Assembly: GCA_051362555.1 (NCBI GenBank) | Contig: CM120641.1 | Location: forward strand, 4,402,001-4,466,000 | Length of the DNA stretch: 64,000 nt | Reading direction: 5' to 3' | DNA from: Lingula anatina | Lineage: Eukaryota > Animalia > Brachiopoda | In this document: in pieces, positions 37,437 through 51,260 of the stretch | How positions within the stretch are numbered: the stretch's first letter is position 1 | How the letters are laid out: the number at the start of each line of letters is the position of its first letter | Notes under the pieces: model-generated | What the model saw: the letters and a program-made list of their open reading frames with translations, nothing else | Databases searched by the model: none | Told to the model about the DNA's origin: nothing | Program-made: the position numbers and the translations under genes

Positions 37437-40400
37437 ATGAAACTTCAGATTCAGTTTATATCTATTTGCACAGCGTTATTATGCGTATCTGGCGTAAAAT
37501 TCAACGGTAGGGTGCTTAAAATTAAACATCAATTTTCTTTGAATTTTTAAAACAACTCTATTACACTTTTCACGTTTCCTGTCCTTTTTTTCAGTTTGGG
37601 ATGATATCCGCCTTGTGGGTGCAAACAGCCATTACAAAGGCCGTGTAGAGGTGCGGAGAGACGGTGTTTGGGGGACAGTATGTTCGGACAGGTGGTCTCT
37701 TTACGACGCCCATGTAGCCTGCAAGCAGCTGGGCTTTGATGGAGCGGCCATAGCCAGGACAGGGGTAATGGACACCTGCTTGGACCATAAAACAAAATTA
37801 TAGATTCTAAGTTTCCTTTGCTTTTCCCAATTTCAACTTGTTTTGAAATATTTCTTTTCAAAGTAGGAAAAACCGATAGGACTGTGGCGGTAAAAATACA
37901 AGTGTGGTAATCGAAGTACGGGATAGAATATTTTAATTCTTATGCGACTGCAATTGTTTTAAGGCACATTTATACTTTGAAACTTGGCTCTACATTTTTT
38001 TTCATTTATCAAAATTTCAATTGTGAATCTGTAGTTTTAGGTACGAAATGGAAAGGTTAATTGTTGTGGCTTATCAGAGATATCTGAAGACCAAACATAA
38101 CCCACGTAACAACTAATTTCAGGCATTTTATGGTGCTGGCACCGGCCCCATTCATCACGATGACTTGAACTGTAAAAACATCGAGAACACTTTAGACGAA
38201 TGCCCAGGCAGACACGGTGGGCCTTGACACTGCTTCCTATCGAAGTAGTATTAATCAGTATCTTCTGATTTTGATGCAAAACATCCAAAAGTATATATAA
38301 ATAGCAGTAAGCCTTTATATCGTTTAAAAGGGAACACAATGGCAAAAGGTGGCAACGATTTTCGTTCTATCAAAACAAAACTTGAAAAGAAAAAAATAAT
38401 AAAACGCATTGTTTTGAATGAAAGGAAAAAATGAAATTACATTGATGAGAGAAAGGTATGAAAATGCTACTATAATTTGCTTAAAGCAAACATTTCGTGC
38501 CAATATTTTTCCTTTCTTAGCAGTTCTTTATTGATGTTGTCCAGGTAGCAGCGACTGTACACACGAAGAAGATGCCGGTGTTGACTGCATCAAACCATCG
38601 CCTCAAGCTAAATGTAAGTGATGGCTCTAGTTTACATCACACGGCTGATTGACGCAGATTATGTCATTGTTGTACAAGTTAGCGTTTTTGTATGCGCACG
38701 GGGTGGCTATAAATATATCAAACACGGGGATTTGAAATAAAAATAGTGGAGTTATTCGTTGACGATAAGTCCAGGTGCAGTTCATGCAGGTTTGAAACTT
38801 GGATAAAGGTTTTTAATTGATCATTTTGATATTGTGTAGCGAGGAATAAATGTGAATTACTTAATACTCGATATTTCGAGGGTTATCTATCACGCACAAA
38901 TGAAGATTATCCTTTTTATCTAAAAAAAAAAAACAAAAACAAAAATGCGCAATATCAATCCGCTAATAGTGGCAGTAGTCAAGATGCACAATCCTGATTT
39001 GTTGGAAACGTCCATTTTTATGGTTTAGTTTTTACGCTCTAGGATATCAGCTAGATACCCTCCATATATCCATCATACTAAGGATGTGAAACAACCTTGT
39101 AACACATACTTGTGTTCTGAAAACCCGCCATACATAAACTGCCTGCTTCATTTTTCAAAAAAAAAAAAAAAAAAAAAAGGAGTCATCGTGTAAGAGTTTA
39201 TCATAAACATTCTGATATTCTCCTTCTGATATACTACTATTATTAACCTACTATACCATATAAACCTCCCTACCTGCAGTGCCAACGTGTCGTCCAAACC
39301 AGTTTCTGTGCCAACACTTCAACATGTGTATTCCTGCGCGCTGGTCATGTGACGGCGATAATGATTGCGGAAATAACGCCGATGAAGCAGACAATCTTTG
39401 CCACGGTAAGCTAAAGATGATAAATATAACGATATAAACTAAATCTATTACTCACGACTTCAAGTGATGGCATAAAATAAAAAAGCATCGAGTAAAAAGT
39501 GAACCGTGAGCGATGAGTATCAAACCAAATACACGCATCTTGAAATTATCAGCCAATATAGAAAATGGAAACAAAATAATGGAAGAACAAACCGAAAAAT
39601 ATTAGTCGCCGGTGTTTAACTTTCAGCACCGATCAACACCGGTAATAACTCCAATTCCCTGGTTATGGACGACGACAGCGGCGGTGACGGGCAGTCACGG
39701 GTACAGGTCGTACTGAAGTTAGAGGGCGGGAAACTTCCAAACGAAGGCAGAGTAGAGGTCTTCTACAACGGGGAATGGGGAACAATATGTGATGATAATT
39801 TTGGTATGACAGAAGCGGATATTATATGCAGGGAGCTGGGGTTCAGGTGTGTATGATACTATAATGTGCAGGCTAATTTACATTCAGAGGTGAAGATAAA
39901 AACTGCCCTCCAATCACGACCTCGATTAAAATTGACTTAATATATACTCATCTTGTACCCTTCCTTCTAATTAATTCTGGTTTTCTATTCTCCTTGTGCA
40001 TTTCTGACTGTTTAAATTATTTCTATATTTCAAGCTTCTAAAAACTTTGTGATTACAGAGGGGCCGCAGGCACACGTGCTAACGGCTATTACGGCCAGGG
40101 GAGCGGTCGTATCTGGATAGACGAACTCAAATGCACAGGCAATGAATACAACATCATGGAGTGCACCAGGAACCCGTAAGCTACAGTGACTTTGATTTCA
40201 CAATCTCATGTCAAGGAGTCCCATATCATTTCTACAAAATTGTTGTAAAAATCTAAAAATTTTATATCTAGCGTGTTTGACAATTGTCAATTTGAAAAAT
40301 ATAGTACTTCCGCGTGTAAAAAAGGTTCACGGAAAACTGAAGTGAATCCTAAAATAAGATAACTCAATTATGTTTCTGAAACAGCTCGACCCTTTATATA

Positions 40401-40775
40401 ACAAGTTAACACAAATGTTGCACACAACGTGTAGTCCAAGAGCACTGCTATTGAATACACCTATTACACTGTGTTCTAGCACAGTGAGCTATATTTTTGA
40501 TATTACTTCCCTTTACAGATGGGGGACCAACGACTGCAGTCACGCCGAAGACGTCGGAGTTATTTGCCAGACTAAGAACTTAATCGTTGCCCCAGTCGCT
40601 AATGTAGTGACAACCACCACCTTGGCACCCAAAGGTATGGACTGCTACGGGAAATAAAGCGACATTAAAAAAACTGAAGTGATTTTATCATACCATACAC
40701 CTCAATATGTCTTTCTCAAAATGAAATCATCCACTTGCGTCACGTTTTTCTTCTCATGCTATTAGGTTAGCAAAA

Positions 40776-40830
<55 letters not shown>

Positions 40831-42348
40831 AATAAAATAAAAAGTAAAAGAAAATCATCCCTCATATAAACCTTACTCATGTAAAGCGTTGTGACAAAGT
40901 CATTATGTGAACAGTCCCCCAAATAACGATTTCATCACTATTAATATTATGGATTATTACATATCTTTCATACGCTTAGTTGATTAATCGTCTCATTCTA
41001 CATTTCCTCCTACAGTTTGCGGTGTCCCACTATTCCGAGCCAACATGGGGCGTATTGTTGGCGGTTCCTTAGCTGCTAAGGGATCGTGGCCGTGGCAGGG
41101 GTCTCTACGCCTTCTCTACTCCAACGGAGGTTCCGCCCACACTTGTGGTGCCACTCTGGTTGCTCCAAACTGGGCCGTCACAGCCGCACACTGTTTCGGG
41201 CAGTAAGTATAAGGGTTTGTACTGTACCTTTCACAAAAGCGCACTCTTTATAAACTGGTGCAAGACGGTGGCAGTTTGTTTCTGAACCAATTTATGTCAA
41301 CTACGGTTCTCTCAACATTCACGAAGCGGATGCTACCCACCACTTCCTTATAGATCAATGGAAATCACTTTTGCTTGATGTTTTTGAGTCTGAAACTACT
41401 GTCTAGAATAAAAAAAATATTTGTAAAAAAACTGAATTTGGTAAAAACAATTTTTAAACTCGCTGTTGGACAGTTTATTACACAATTTCTCTTTGTTTAA
41501 TCCTTTAATTCATTAGGTCAAGAGATCCCAATGGCTACAAAATCCGTTTCGGAGAGCACGATCAACGTTACTGGGAACGAACTGAAGAGGACCGCCGTGT
41601 GTCCAAACTGGTCATGCACTCTCAATATAATGTTCGTCCCCACGCCAACGATATCGCCATGTTAAAACTGGACACTCCCGTCAATATGGCCAGCCCTTAC
41701 GTCAACACCGCCTGCCTGCCGGACGCTAATGAGGTCTTTGACAGCCATGACACTTGCTTTGTCACTGGATGGGGGAGCACACAGGGTAATGGCAACTTGG
41801 AGGGCGAAACCGGGGGGGGGGGGGGGGGTGGTAATGTGATAAAAAGGAGTAAATCTTTCAAGAAATAGCCATTCCATAAAACTGTCTTCGTAGACTAGTA
41901 AAGTTTTAGTTTTAAGATGACTTAAAGTTCGAAGAAGTATTAGCTACTGCACTTAAAAGACTAGATAAGACAAGTTCTTTAAATGAAATTCTTGTCTAAG
42001 TTTGAAACCAAACTTCAGCTTTCAGAGAGAGAACTTCTGATGCGATCTGAATTTACCTATCTCTTGCAAAGGTATTGTTATCAGACAAGAACATCATTCA
42101 AATACATATGCCTATAGTGAGATTACTTTATAGCTTTTCATTTTATGTTTAAGGAACTAGCTACGGATTTCTACTAAACCAAGTGAACGTTCCAATCATT
42201 AGTAATTTTGATTGTTGGCGTTCTTATGGTAGTACTATACTGGACAGCATGCTGTGCGCAGGGTATGTTCAAGGAGGAAAGGACGCCTGTCAGGTAACTA
42301 CGTGGTGTTAATGCCAAGGTTACGACCAGAATCTAGGCGTGGTGGTTC

Positions 42349-42400
<52 letters not shown>

Positions 42401-42721
42401 TTGCGATGTGTCCTTTGTTAACATACCTGTAAATTGTATGACGATTTAATTCAGAATCAGATGATAAATTTGTCGAATAGAAGTTCGTAATTAAATTGAT
42501 CGGTGGTTCGATAATGAATCTCGAATAATCAGCAGTAAAAGGGAAAGTTTCGTTTTCAGGGTGACAGTGGCGGCCCCTTCGTATGTATCAAGAACGGGCG
42601 GTGGAAACTGGCAGGAATCGTGTCTTGGGGCAGAGACTGTGGCGCCGTCTACTCCCCGGGGGTCTACACGCGCGTGTCCAAGTATCTAAACTGGATCAAC
42701 TACATCATTCAAAACGAATGA
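37437..42721 (+). CDS. Modular serine protease: signal peptide-SRCR-LDLa-SRCR-trypsin (neurotrypsin/Tequila-like architecture)
   Basis: Exons 37437-37506, 37595-37764, 38123-38216, 38545-38613, 39280-39405 (LDLa CRPNQFLC...[13 protein letters not shown]), 39627-39846, 40059-40175, 40519-40634, 41016-41202 (R|IVGG...TAAHC), 41517-41785 (NDIAMLKL), 42154-42293, 42560-42721 (GDSGGP...SWG...PGVYTRV*). SRCR motifs GRVEV, WGT(V/I)C, CxHxED(A/V)GVxC. Confidence 0.93.
40774..40812. repeat. (TAAA)n microsatellite
   Basis: Perfect aaat run in an intron. Confidence 0.9.
42350..42402. repeat. (TTTA)n microsatellite
   Basis: Perfect attt run in an intron. Confidence 0.9.
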
Positions 42722-43337
42722 AAGAAAAAAAAAAAGAATATGGAAGCTTGTAATGTTTTCGCTTACATCGCTGCTACTCTGCAAATGGACAACTCGGCTT
42801 TTAATGTGTGATTTTATTTACAATAATGAGAAGAAATTTACATGCGATTTACACGGATGCTGCTTTTTATTCCTGGTTTTGCAACTGAGGGTGCTCTTTT
42901 GGATGTTGCTGCTGTTGTAAGTCCTACAGATAGTTCTTTGCGGGGTGTATTGCGTCCAAAGAATCAAATACTGCACACTGATCTTTCGTTTTTTTCTCGC
43001 AAAGCCGATGGTGAAGCGACAATGATAAAAACCCGCATGTCCTTTATATGAATTAGAGATTCATCTTTACAATAAACCTCATTTTAAGAAGTGCCAACTG
43101 ATATCTATATTCAAGAAGGTGTCAATTCCACTTTCGTGGATACATTTATGATAAGTCAAATTTCGATGCTTAGTAGTTTAAATTTCAAGTAACCACAGAA
43201 ACCGTTTTTTTTTATTTTTTTCAAGCACTTGCTATTGTTTATGAAGGAATTCCTGGTAAAAAAGGTGATAATAGATGCACTGGATGTGAGCATGATACCA
43301 ATAGGTCTTATGCCCCCATGATTTTATCTAGTTTTGT

Positions 43338-45757
43338 TTAACGCGGCGACGCCGCACTGTTTCGCCTTCCAGAAGTCTTAGGCACTCTTAAGGACGCCAT
43401 GCTTAATGACTTTTTACTTTTCCTCTCTGTGCTTTTGGATTTTTCTTCTTGCGACGAATCTCTGTCTCTCCTGTTCTTTAGATTGGCTACTACTGACCTC
43501 TGGCGGCTTGTTGGCCGTCTGCTACTTGTAGGTCGATCCTTGTTTTCCTTACTTTCTTTCTTTGCGAGTTGAGCTGGAATTAAGATTTGAGGAAAAATGA
43601 TAAAATATTTACTTTATAAAATGGAACTCTCATTACGATCAATGTAAGAACTTTATTTAAATTAATTTAAAGCAAAGAATGCGCTTTTAACGTAGAAATA
43701 AAGCGAATTTTGTCAGAGTTTAACATCTTGCTTGAATCTGTTACAAAATTCGACATACTATATGTGGTATTGTATGGACGTTAATAACTGCGAGGGATGG
43801 CTATGATTGAACGAAGTTTAAATGCAGTATTTTGGGATGAAAGGAAAAACCGTTTCAAATCAGTTCCCATTTATCAATTTTAGCCAAGTTGTCACCGCCT
43901 TTGTCTGAAAGTTCTATTTGCAAAAGCTAATTTGGTTGGGAATCCCCACTGATAAGATATTATGTAACTTATCAAAAGCAGAACACATGCTTTTGTTTTT
44001 AAAGCAACATATGTATCCAGGAAGAATTTCACCGTCCGAGATATCCTCAGCTACTATAAAAGTTTCTTCGAGACAACAGCTAAGGTTTAGTTATTTGCCC
44101 CACCCCTCCCCCAAAACGGTGACTTGACATGCATGTAGGAAATATTTGAACACGAATAAATCTCTGCTGTTTTGAAAAATCTTTTATAGAAACTGAATTA
44201 ATACTAAGGTTCCACAGTCTTTTAGAATTTGTTTTGTTTTACCTCAGTCATAAAAAACAAATGAAAAAATATATATTTCTGATGCCCCATTGAATGATTA
44301 ATGATTAATTTTTAGTTAGTTATCTGTCTTGGCTGAGGTCTGCGCTCTTGAAGAGCTTTTCTAGTCTTACCCATGAAATTTTCCGTAATAATTTGATCGT
44401 CTTTTAGAAGTGGAATGTATTGATATTCAGAGTCTTCCGAATCTAAAAAAGAATAGATAGAAAAATAGATAAATAAGATAAAGATCATAGATAAAATATT
44501 GTTTTTTTTTTAATTATAGAAATAACATATCCACTTTTGGAAGGAAATGCGCTTTTCAATACCTATTTTCTAATACCTCAATGACTTGACAACATAAAGA
44601 AACCGCATAATTTAAGGAGAAATTCATGGGTACATTAGCTTTTTCGTTGATACAAGTTAATCTAATCGATAAACAACCTCATTTAAACATTTCGACAACT
44701 TGAATGATTAACGTGTTTCTTATCAATTGAGACATTTATTCTGAGACCTTGTCACTCTTTGTTTGTACAGAGATGGTGGTGGTGTTATTACAAGGTGTAT
44801 ATAGCAGAGTTATATATACCCGATATATGTAGGCGACAAGAGATTCAGTTATTGGCAAGAGCCTATCTAGAATGTTTGTAATAAACGTGACAGTGTGATA
44901 ATTCTACTCACTGTCCACCTGTAGGAGAACGAACGCTTGGCGTGGTGTAAGAAATTCATTTGCGTAGCGCCGCGGGGACTGTCTTAGATTTTTAACGTTT
45001 CCTTGTACATCTGAGAGTTCTATGTCGCCTGGAAGAAAATTACAGCTTGGTTAATTAGTTCGGCATGTTACAAAGACATAGATCAATATGGTATCCATAT
45101 CAAAACAGTATCGAATTAATATTTACAAAGAGATTGCGCTACAAGAAAACGATTTAATTAATCCGATATGCACTGGCTAGCCCCTGAAGTAGCAAAATTC
45201 AAAACTTACGATTTAGACATCTACAGCGTTCTTTTATACAGTTGAGCAACAGGCCCACCCGGCACTGGGGGTTGAAAATAGCTTCATGTCCCTCTTAGAA
45301 GTGAAAAATGGAGAATTATATGATTTATGTTCGGTCTATGGCCAACTAGAAGGCAATACATTTTCTTTCATTTTGCCAAGTCACTGTTTACCTTTCTATA
45401 AGGCAAACAAATACGAAGTCAAGACAAATACGAAGTCTCGCCCCGATGTTAATCACAAAATATTTTGCCTTTAATGTTCAAATAAAATGATTTATTTTCG
45501 ACAATTGTTTGCCCAATGAAAATATCAACCAAACGTGTCACTAGTCTGCCTTTTCATTTTTCTCTCACACACATTCGGTCTCCCAAAACTATCGAACGTA
45601 AAAAATCTGCAGTATAGTCAAAACTGAATTCCTTCATACTCTTGTCACACAGACTTTTTTCAGAGAGAGAGGAAAAGAGTGAGTGAGTGAGAGAGTGAGT
45701 GAATGAGTAGTGTGAGAGAGGTTAGCTCTTACCTCCGTATTTCACCGTAATGAACAT
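43338..45757 (-). CDS. CXorf65/C22orf15-like (DUF4732) small protein with basic C-terminal tail; absent from the ORF track
   Basis: Exons 45757-45733 (MFITVKYG), 45293-45210 (EGHEAIFNPQCRVGLLLNCIKERC), 45028-44912 (DIELSDVQGNVKNL...YANEFLTPRQAFVLLQV), 44442-44371 (EYQYIPLLKD), 43573-43338 (K/R/S-rich tail). The pattern MFIxVxxG...NxxC..LL..I...I.L....G..K...YA..L..R...Y.PLL matches the CXorf65/C22orf15 family as I recall it. Confidence 0.8.
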
Positions 45758-46794
45758 ACTTCCACTACAGTCAGCCGTCTTTGCAGCTCCTCTTGGTCCC
45801 TCAATGCTTATTTTCTCTCTGGTGTTGGCTGCCTAATTCACAGGGATAGAGAAAGCCCGGTAGCGTCATTGTTGCTAAGAGTGGAGCCGTATTTGGTATA
45901 TAAATTTGCCATTTATTTTAGCAGTATTTGTTTTCTGCCTTGATAGTTATGCCTGCTCCCGATGATATTGAGTTAGTAAACGCTGACAGGATAAGCCGGC
46001 TACAAAGCTTTTTGTTTACTCTGGGGTCTGTAGAGCAAGCAAACCCGCTCCTTGGTTTAGTCCACTTGCTCCTCGAGACGGTAATGCTGTATGGGGGAGA
46101 GACATTTATTAATCCTATGGCTGGTCGGGGGCATTTGGTTACCTATTAATAAAATGTATGGCCTCAGGAAATAATGAATCATTATAAACTGACCAGGGTA
46201 GGGTTTTTAAGAAAAATAAACGGTTGAAATACCATGACGGACAAGGTCGTTCAGAAATCTCATTTCGCTTACGTAATTAGAATTCATTCCATTTTTGGAT
46301 CTATTTTTGATTTGCTTTTATCTTTTTAGGCTAATTTTTTGGTTCTTCTTTTTAATTCGCTTTCTTATAAAACTAAGAAATATTTTACACATTCATCGCG
46401 GTTGTCATTCTGCCCATAAATCGCATTTCTATGTTTTGACGGGTATTTCACTGAAATTGATTTAAATCTTATCCAGAGATTTTACCTCTTAAATACCGCA
46501 CCTTGATGTAATCTTAAATGGATGAAAAATGAAAAGAAGGGAGAGGAAATGTGCACTTTGGTACTTTTGTCACCGTTACGTTTCCAAGTAAAAAAACTAG
46601 GTGATTATTTCATAGATGATCATTTCTGTTAATTCTCCAATCTCATATCGTCACGAAGGATAAGACACCGCGATAACGGGGGAGTACGTATAGAGACACC
46701 TGTACTTAAAAAATAATATAAAATGGCCCGGAACCGATTTACTTTTATTTGAACGATAGCCTGTATCAAAGGTAACATATATGGTAAAGTCTTA

Positions 46795-46963
46795 CAGGGG
46801 CGGATCCAGAGATATTTTCTGACAGTCTTCCAAATTATCTTTGTTGAGCCAACTTCCAATTTTTGACCGTCTTCCGACAGAAAAAAATAGATACCCGTCA
46901 ATGTAAACTTGAAAATCTGACCGTCTTCCGGAAGACCCAGAAGACGGCCTAAATCCGCCCCTG
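46795..46963. mobile_element. hAT-like MITE, copy 1
   Basis: TIRs CAGGGGCGGAT...ATCCGCCCCTG. Nearly identical along its length to the copy at 51260-51425. Confidence 0.85.
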
Positions 46964-47813
46964 AAAGAGGCCATATATATAACAACATGACATTATGATA
47001 AAAATCAAATGAATTACGAGCGCCACAGAAAAAAAAATCTGGTTTTTAAAAGTTTCGACTTTCGTATTCTTCAATACGTAAGCAGAGTGCCTAAAATATA
47101 CACAACATTAGAATGTATGGCGCGTTTGCAACATTAAGCCTCTTCATATTGACATAGGTTGATATTTTAAAAGCTTCAGAAGCTCTCGAAAGTTGCAAGT
47201 GTTCCTGTTAAGTGCAATCATTAAACATGCATGCCTGGGGGGTATCAAATAAAACTCGCTTTCGCGTCTTCCGGGTGATTCAAACATCCCACGTCCGCTG
47301 GGACTTTAATATACACAAAGCACCGTGTGTATATAAACCGTGGTCCTTAAGTTTTTATGTATAAAACTGCACGCCCCAATGAAGCTGAAAGTTCCGAGTG
47401 CTTCTGGCCATTCTAGCTTAATTGAAATTCACGGCTATAACTTCCACATTGCAAACAATACTTTTTCTTTCGTTTGTCTACTGTGCCAACCTACTTTTCA
47501 GCTAAGTGAGAAGAAGTTACTCTTTTATATTTTAAATAAATTGAAGAAAGCAGAAGAAGCCGATATGGGAATATGTGAGGCAGACCAACCAAGGGAATAG
47601 ATACTTTCGTGAGCCAACCAAGAGAGAAAACACTGAAAACTATAACGTTTCGAGTGCCAAAATAAGGCACGTTTTTCCACCGATGGCGACCAATTAAACT
47701 GTGGGCCAATTATTAAACCCCTACCCAGAGATTAAACTCATTATGATTTTCAGAAGATATGTTTTCATTTTCTTGCTTGAGATTAGACCATAGTGGGTAA
47801 GAACTTCAGACAC

Positions 47814-47827
47814 GTCTCCATGGTAAC
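47814..47827. promoter_or_regulatory. RFX X-box motif
   Basis: GTCTCCATGGTAAC fits the X-box consensus GTYNCY-AT-RGNAAC and lies between two probably ciliary/flagellar genes. Confidence 0.5.
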
Positions 47828-49063
47828 GCAGACTTATGGACTGATGGAGACTTAAAATCTCCAGCGAATGAGAAATCTCTTATTTTAAATATATGAACAA
47901 AATAGTACAGAAACTTTCTTTACATGGTAAGACTAAGAACTGTTCGAATTTTTACTCTCACAAAGTAAAGTCATACAAAGATATGGGTCTATGAAATACA
48001 TGAAAGTACATGTAGCAGGCACTGTCACTTTAGATTATACATAACGGAGCCCTGGAAAACGAATTGCTTCATCGTTTCCCCTTCAGTCCACATTGCACTA
48101 GATTATGAACTGTCTTGTGTCATAGCTCAACCTAAAAACTGATAAAGCATTTTCAATATAATAAAACATAGAATGAATAAAGAATTAATTTTCTTTTTAT
48201 TCAGCAGAATTTTACAAAATTTTGAGAGCATGTGTAACTATGTCAGCGTCAGTATGGCACATAATTTAAAAATAAAAGTTGAAAAAACTTTAAGGAAAAT
48301 AAATATTTTGTCAATCTCTTTTAAATCAGTGGAAGGTTTTAATTTAAATAAAAAGAATAACTGTATCTTTAGTTTAATAATAATTTTCATAGCTTTTTGC
48401 GAATTCACTAAAATATTTACACAGCATTCCATACACTTTGACACAAATTAAAAAAAAATATTTACATTCAATATCAAAAAGAAGATAGACAGCCCTTATA
48501 AACATACAAACTTTACATATCACAGTTCAAGTGGAATAATGTTCTTTTCCTTATTGAAGTTCACTCTGAAAGCTGATTCATTTTTAAATGAAATAAAAAA
48601 AGTAACAAAAATTTTGATTAAAAAATTAAAATAATTATTTTGGAAAAAAATTCTATTTTGATATCTGACTTTCTTCCAAACAAAGGTCTCTGGTCTTTCA
48701 TACAACTACATTCAAGCACTGAAATGTATTCAAACAATTTGGAAACTGTGTATGCCATAACAGGTGGGTTTTCAGACACACTTTCCTTTGGAATTACCTA
48801 ATTAGGTCTCTTGAGATTCCAGAACTTATAAGCATCAAGGCCAAATAGATCACTGGTTCTGCCTCGTTATACATATGTTCCACACCTTAAATGTGAAGCA
48901 TGTGTCACATTTCAAATGTGAAGCAGGTATCCCATTTCAGCTGTGAAGTACATGTATCAACATGCCTCTGGGTTTGGCATTTTTCTCTCTTACTCATGGT
49001 GGCACTAGACAAGATTGTGATATGAATTCATCCTATATTGCAGGGAGTTTCTGAATTTTACTT

Positions 49064-51228
49064 TTAGTCCTTTCTGGTTTCTTTTTCCTGTTATACTGAC
49101 CACTAGGATGCCTTTCTGAGCCAGCGTCAGAGTTGAGAGAGTCTGTAGTGTATGTGCGACTTAGAGGACCTGCGGAGGTAGGGAAATTAGGTGGAAGCTC
49201 AATCTTTTGCAACTCCTGAAAGGTAAAATGTTATTTTTTTCATAAAATAGCAGATTACATTTTAATTTTTATCAAACTATTTCTGCAAAAGTATCCATAA
49301 AGCCAACTTAAAAAATTAATGAGTACCTTTAAAGCTGGCCCATCATAACTGTTACTATCACCTGACATTTATTACAAAACTGTTCCTTCACTTTCAAATG
49401 ACAATTACCAAACAACTAAGATGTGAGTTTATGAATTCCATATTGTAAGTCATACGGCTGAGTACCATATATATATATAATGCAAATTTTCCTCTATTTC
49501 TAGAAAATTATAACAAAGTTGCAGGATGTTACATCTTTTGCACTATTACATTTATTACTATTACTATTACACTATTTTGTTCAGTACAAAGAGAATACAA
49601 CATAGTCTTTGGTGAAACTTTGTTAGTTCAGAAATATGGTCAAGGAAATTTGTATATAAATCTATCGTGTGACTTACTGGAGTGAGCAGTGCATGGAAGG
49701 GTGAGCACAGTTTGCCTGTTCTAGAGGCCTGCTTGATATCTATCTCTCCAAAGGCATCCCGCCTTTCTTGACGGTCATGCATTTTTCTGGCTAGGTCTTT
49801 GTCAACTTTTATACCAAGTTTAGACTGGAATAAAATATTAAAACCTTTATTGTACAACAATAATAAATCACTGAAATTTATTTAAAAACAAAAATATCCG
49901 GTAGGATATCCAAAGCCATTTGGACTAAAATGTTAATCAATGAAAAAAACCGAACATTGATTTTGCAACTCATTGCAATTCATAAGTTTCTAGCACTTTT
50001 AGTAACTGACTTAGCAAAACTACATACATGTATTCCCTTTTCATTAACTTGAAGTTCTTATCTTTTCTATTACATAAAAAGTAAATCAAAGTATCATTTT
50101 AATAAAAACTTAATTACTTTTGGGGAAGCAGAGAAAGTTCCAAATGCAAATGTCTGTGCTCTGTTGGGCATTGTTGGCATGGTGCTTTCTGCAGCTCTAT
50201 CTGTGCTTATTCTGTTCATTCTGGTGTCTATTGTTACAGACTTTGCTTTTACTGGTATCTAAAAAACAAGAGAATAAAAATATAATTATAATTAAAAAAA
50301 CAATTACTTGACAAAATAATTAGTTATATACTAGTATAATTTAATTCCTTATGAGAAAAGTAGCTATTTAATTATATTGATATTTTTCAGTACAATGAAC
50401 AAGATCTGGCATATTGCCAACTGTATGATATTTGGAACTTTTTTGGCATGTACCAAATACATATAACACCTAAATATATTGACAATTCCAGATATCAGTG
50501 TGCACTCTCAATTATTTTTGTCAACAAATGCAAATTATTTACTTATATGGTATTGTGAATATTAATATTTACACTAAAGTAAATACAAACACAATCACTT
50601 ACATCAGCTCTTTGTATAGAGACTGTACTAACAGCTCTTGAATCCTGGGCTGTGGCTGCACCCTCATCTCTCTCAGTTTCTCCATCTGTAGATGGCGCTA
50701 GTGGTATGTCTTCATCCATAAGTGTCTCTCCACGTTCAATAGTAGGAATTTCATCATAGTTAAAAAGTGAAGAATCTTCTTTTCTCTTACATGGACTAGA
50801 AACTGCTGATTCTGAGATATTTGGCATTTTGGGACTCTTTTCTTCTTCTCCTCCATTGCTTAAATCTGTAAAATATTTCATAAAATATTTATCTTTTGCA
50901 CTTGAAATGTGCATGTGAAATATGCAAGTCCTGTTGTATGCCATAAACATTGATTGACATTAATGCGCATTAAAATTATTTAAAAATTATATGCCATAAA
51001 AAAATCCAAAATCTTTATAAAAACAATTTTTTGTTAAACTTACTTAGTTTGAACTCATCTTCCTCCACTGTCCAGGGGGTCTTGGGGTGTGCCCATGTAG
51101 AGGGATCGTCTAAATTCCACTGCTGTTTCTGTGAAAATAGAGGAAAAAAATATCACCAATCAGTATATGACTGTTGCAACTAAAAAATATAACAGCACAA
51201 AATTGGATGTTTCAGCTTACGTATGCAA

Positions 51229-51260
<32 letters not shown>

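Noticed and set aside
42721-43338. Overlapping 3'UTRs of the convergent SRCR protease and DUF4732 genes
   Set aside because: Poly(A) signals at ~43071 (+) and ~43211 (-) allow termination without overlap. Overlap cannot be supported from sequence alone.
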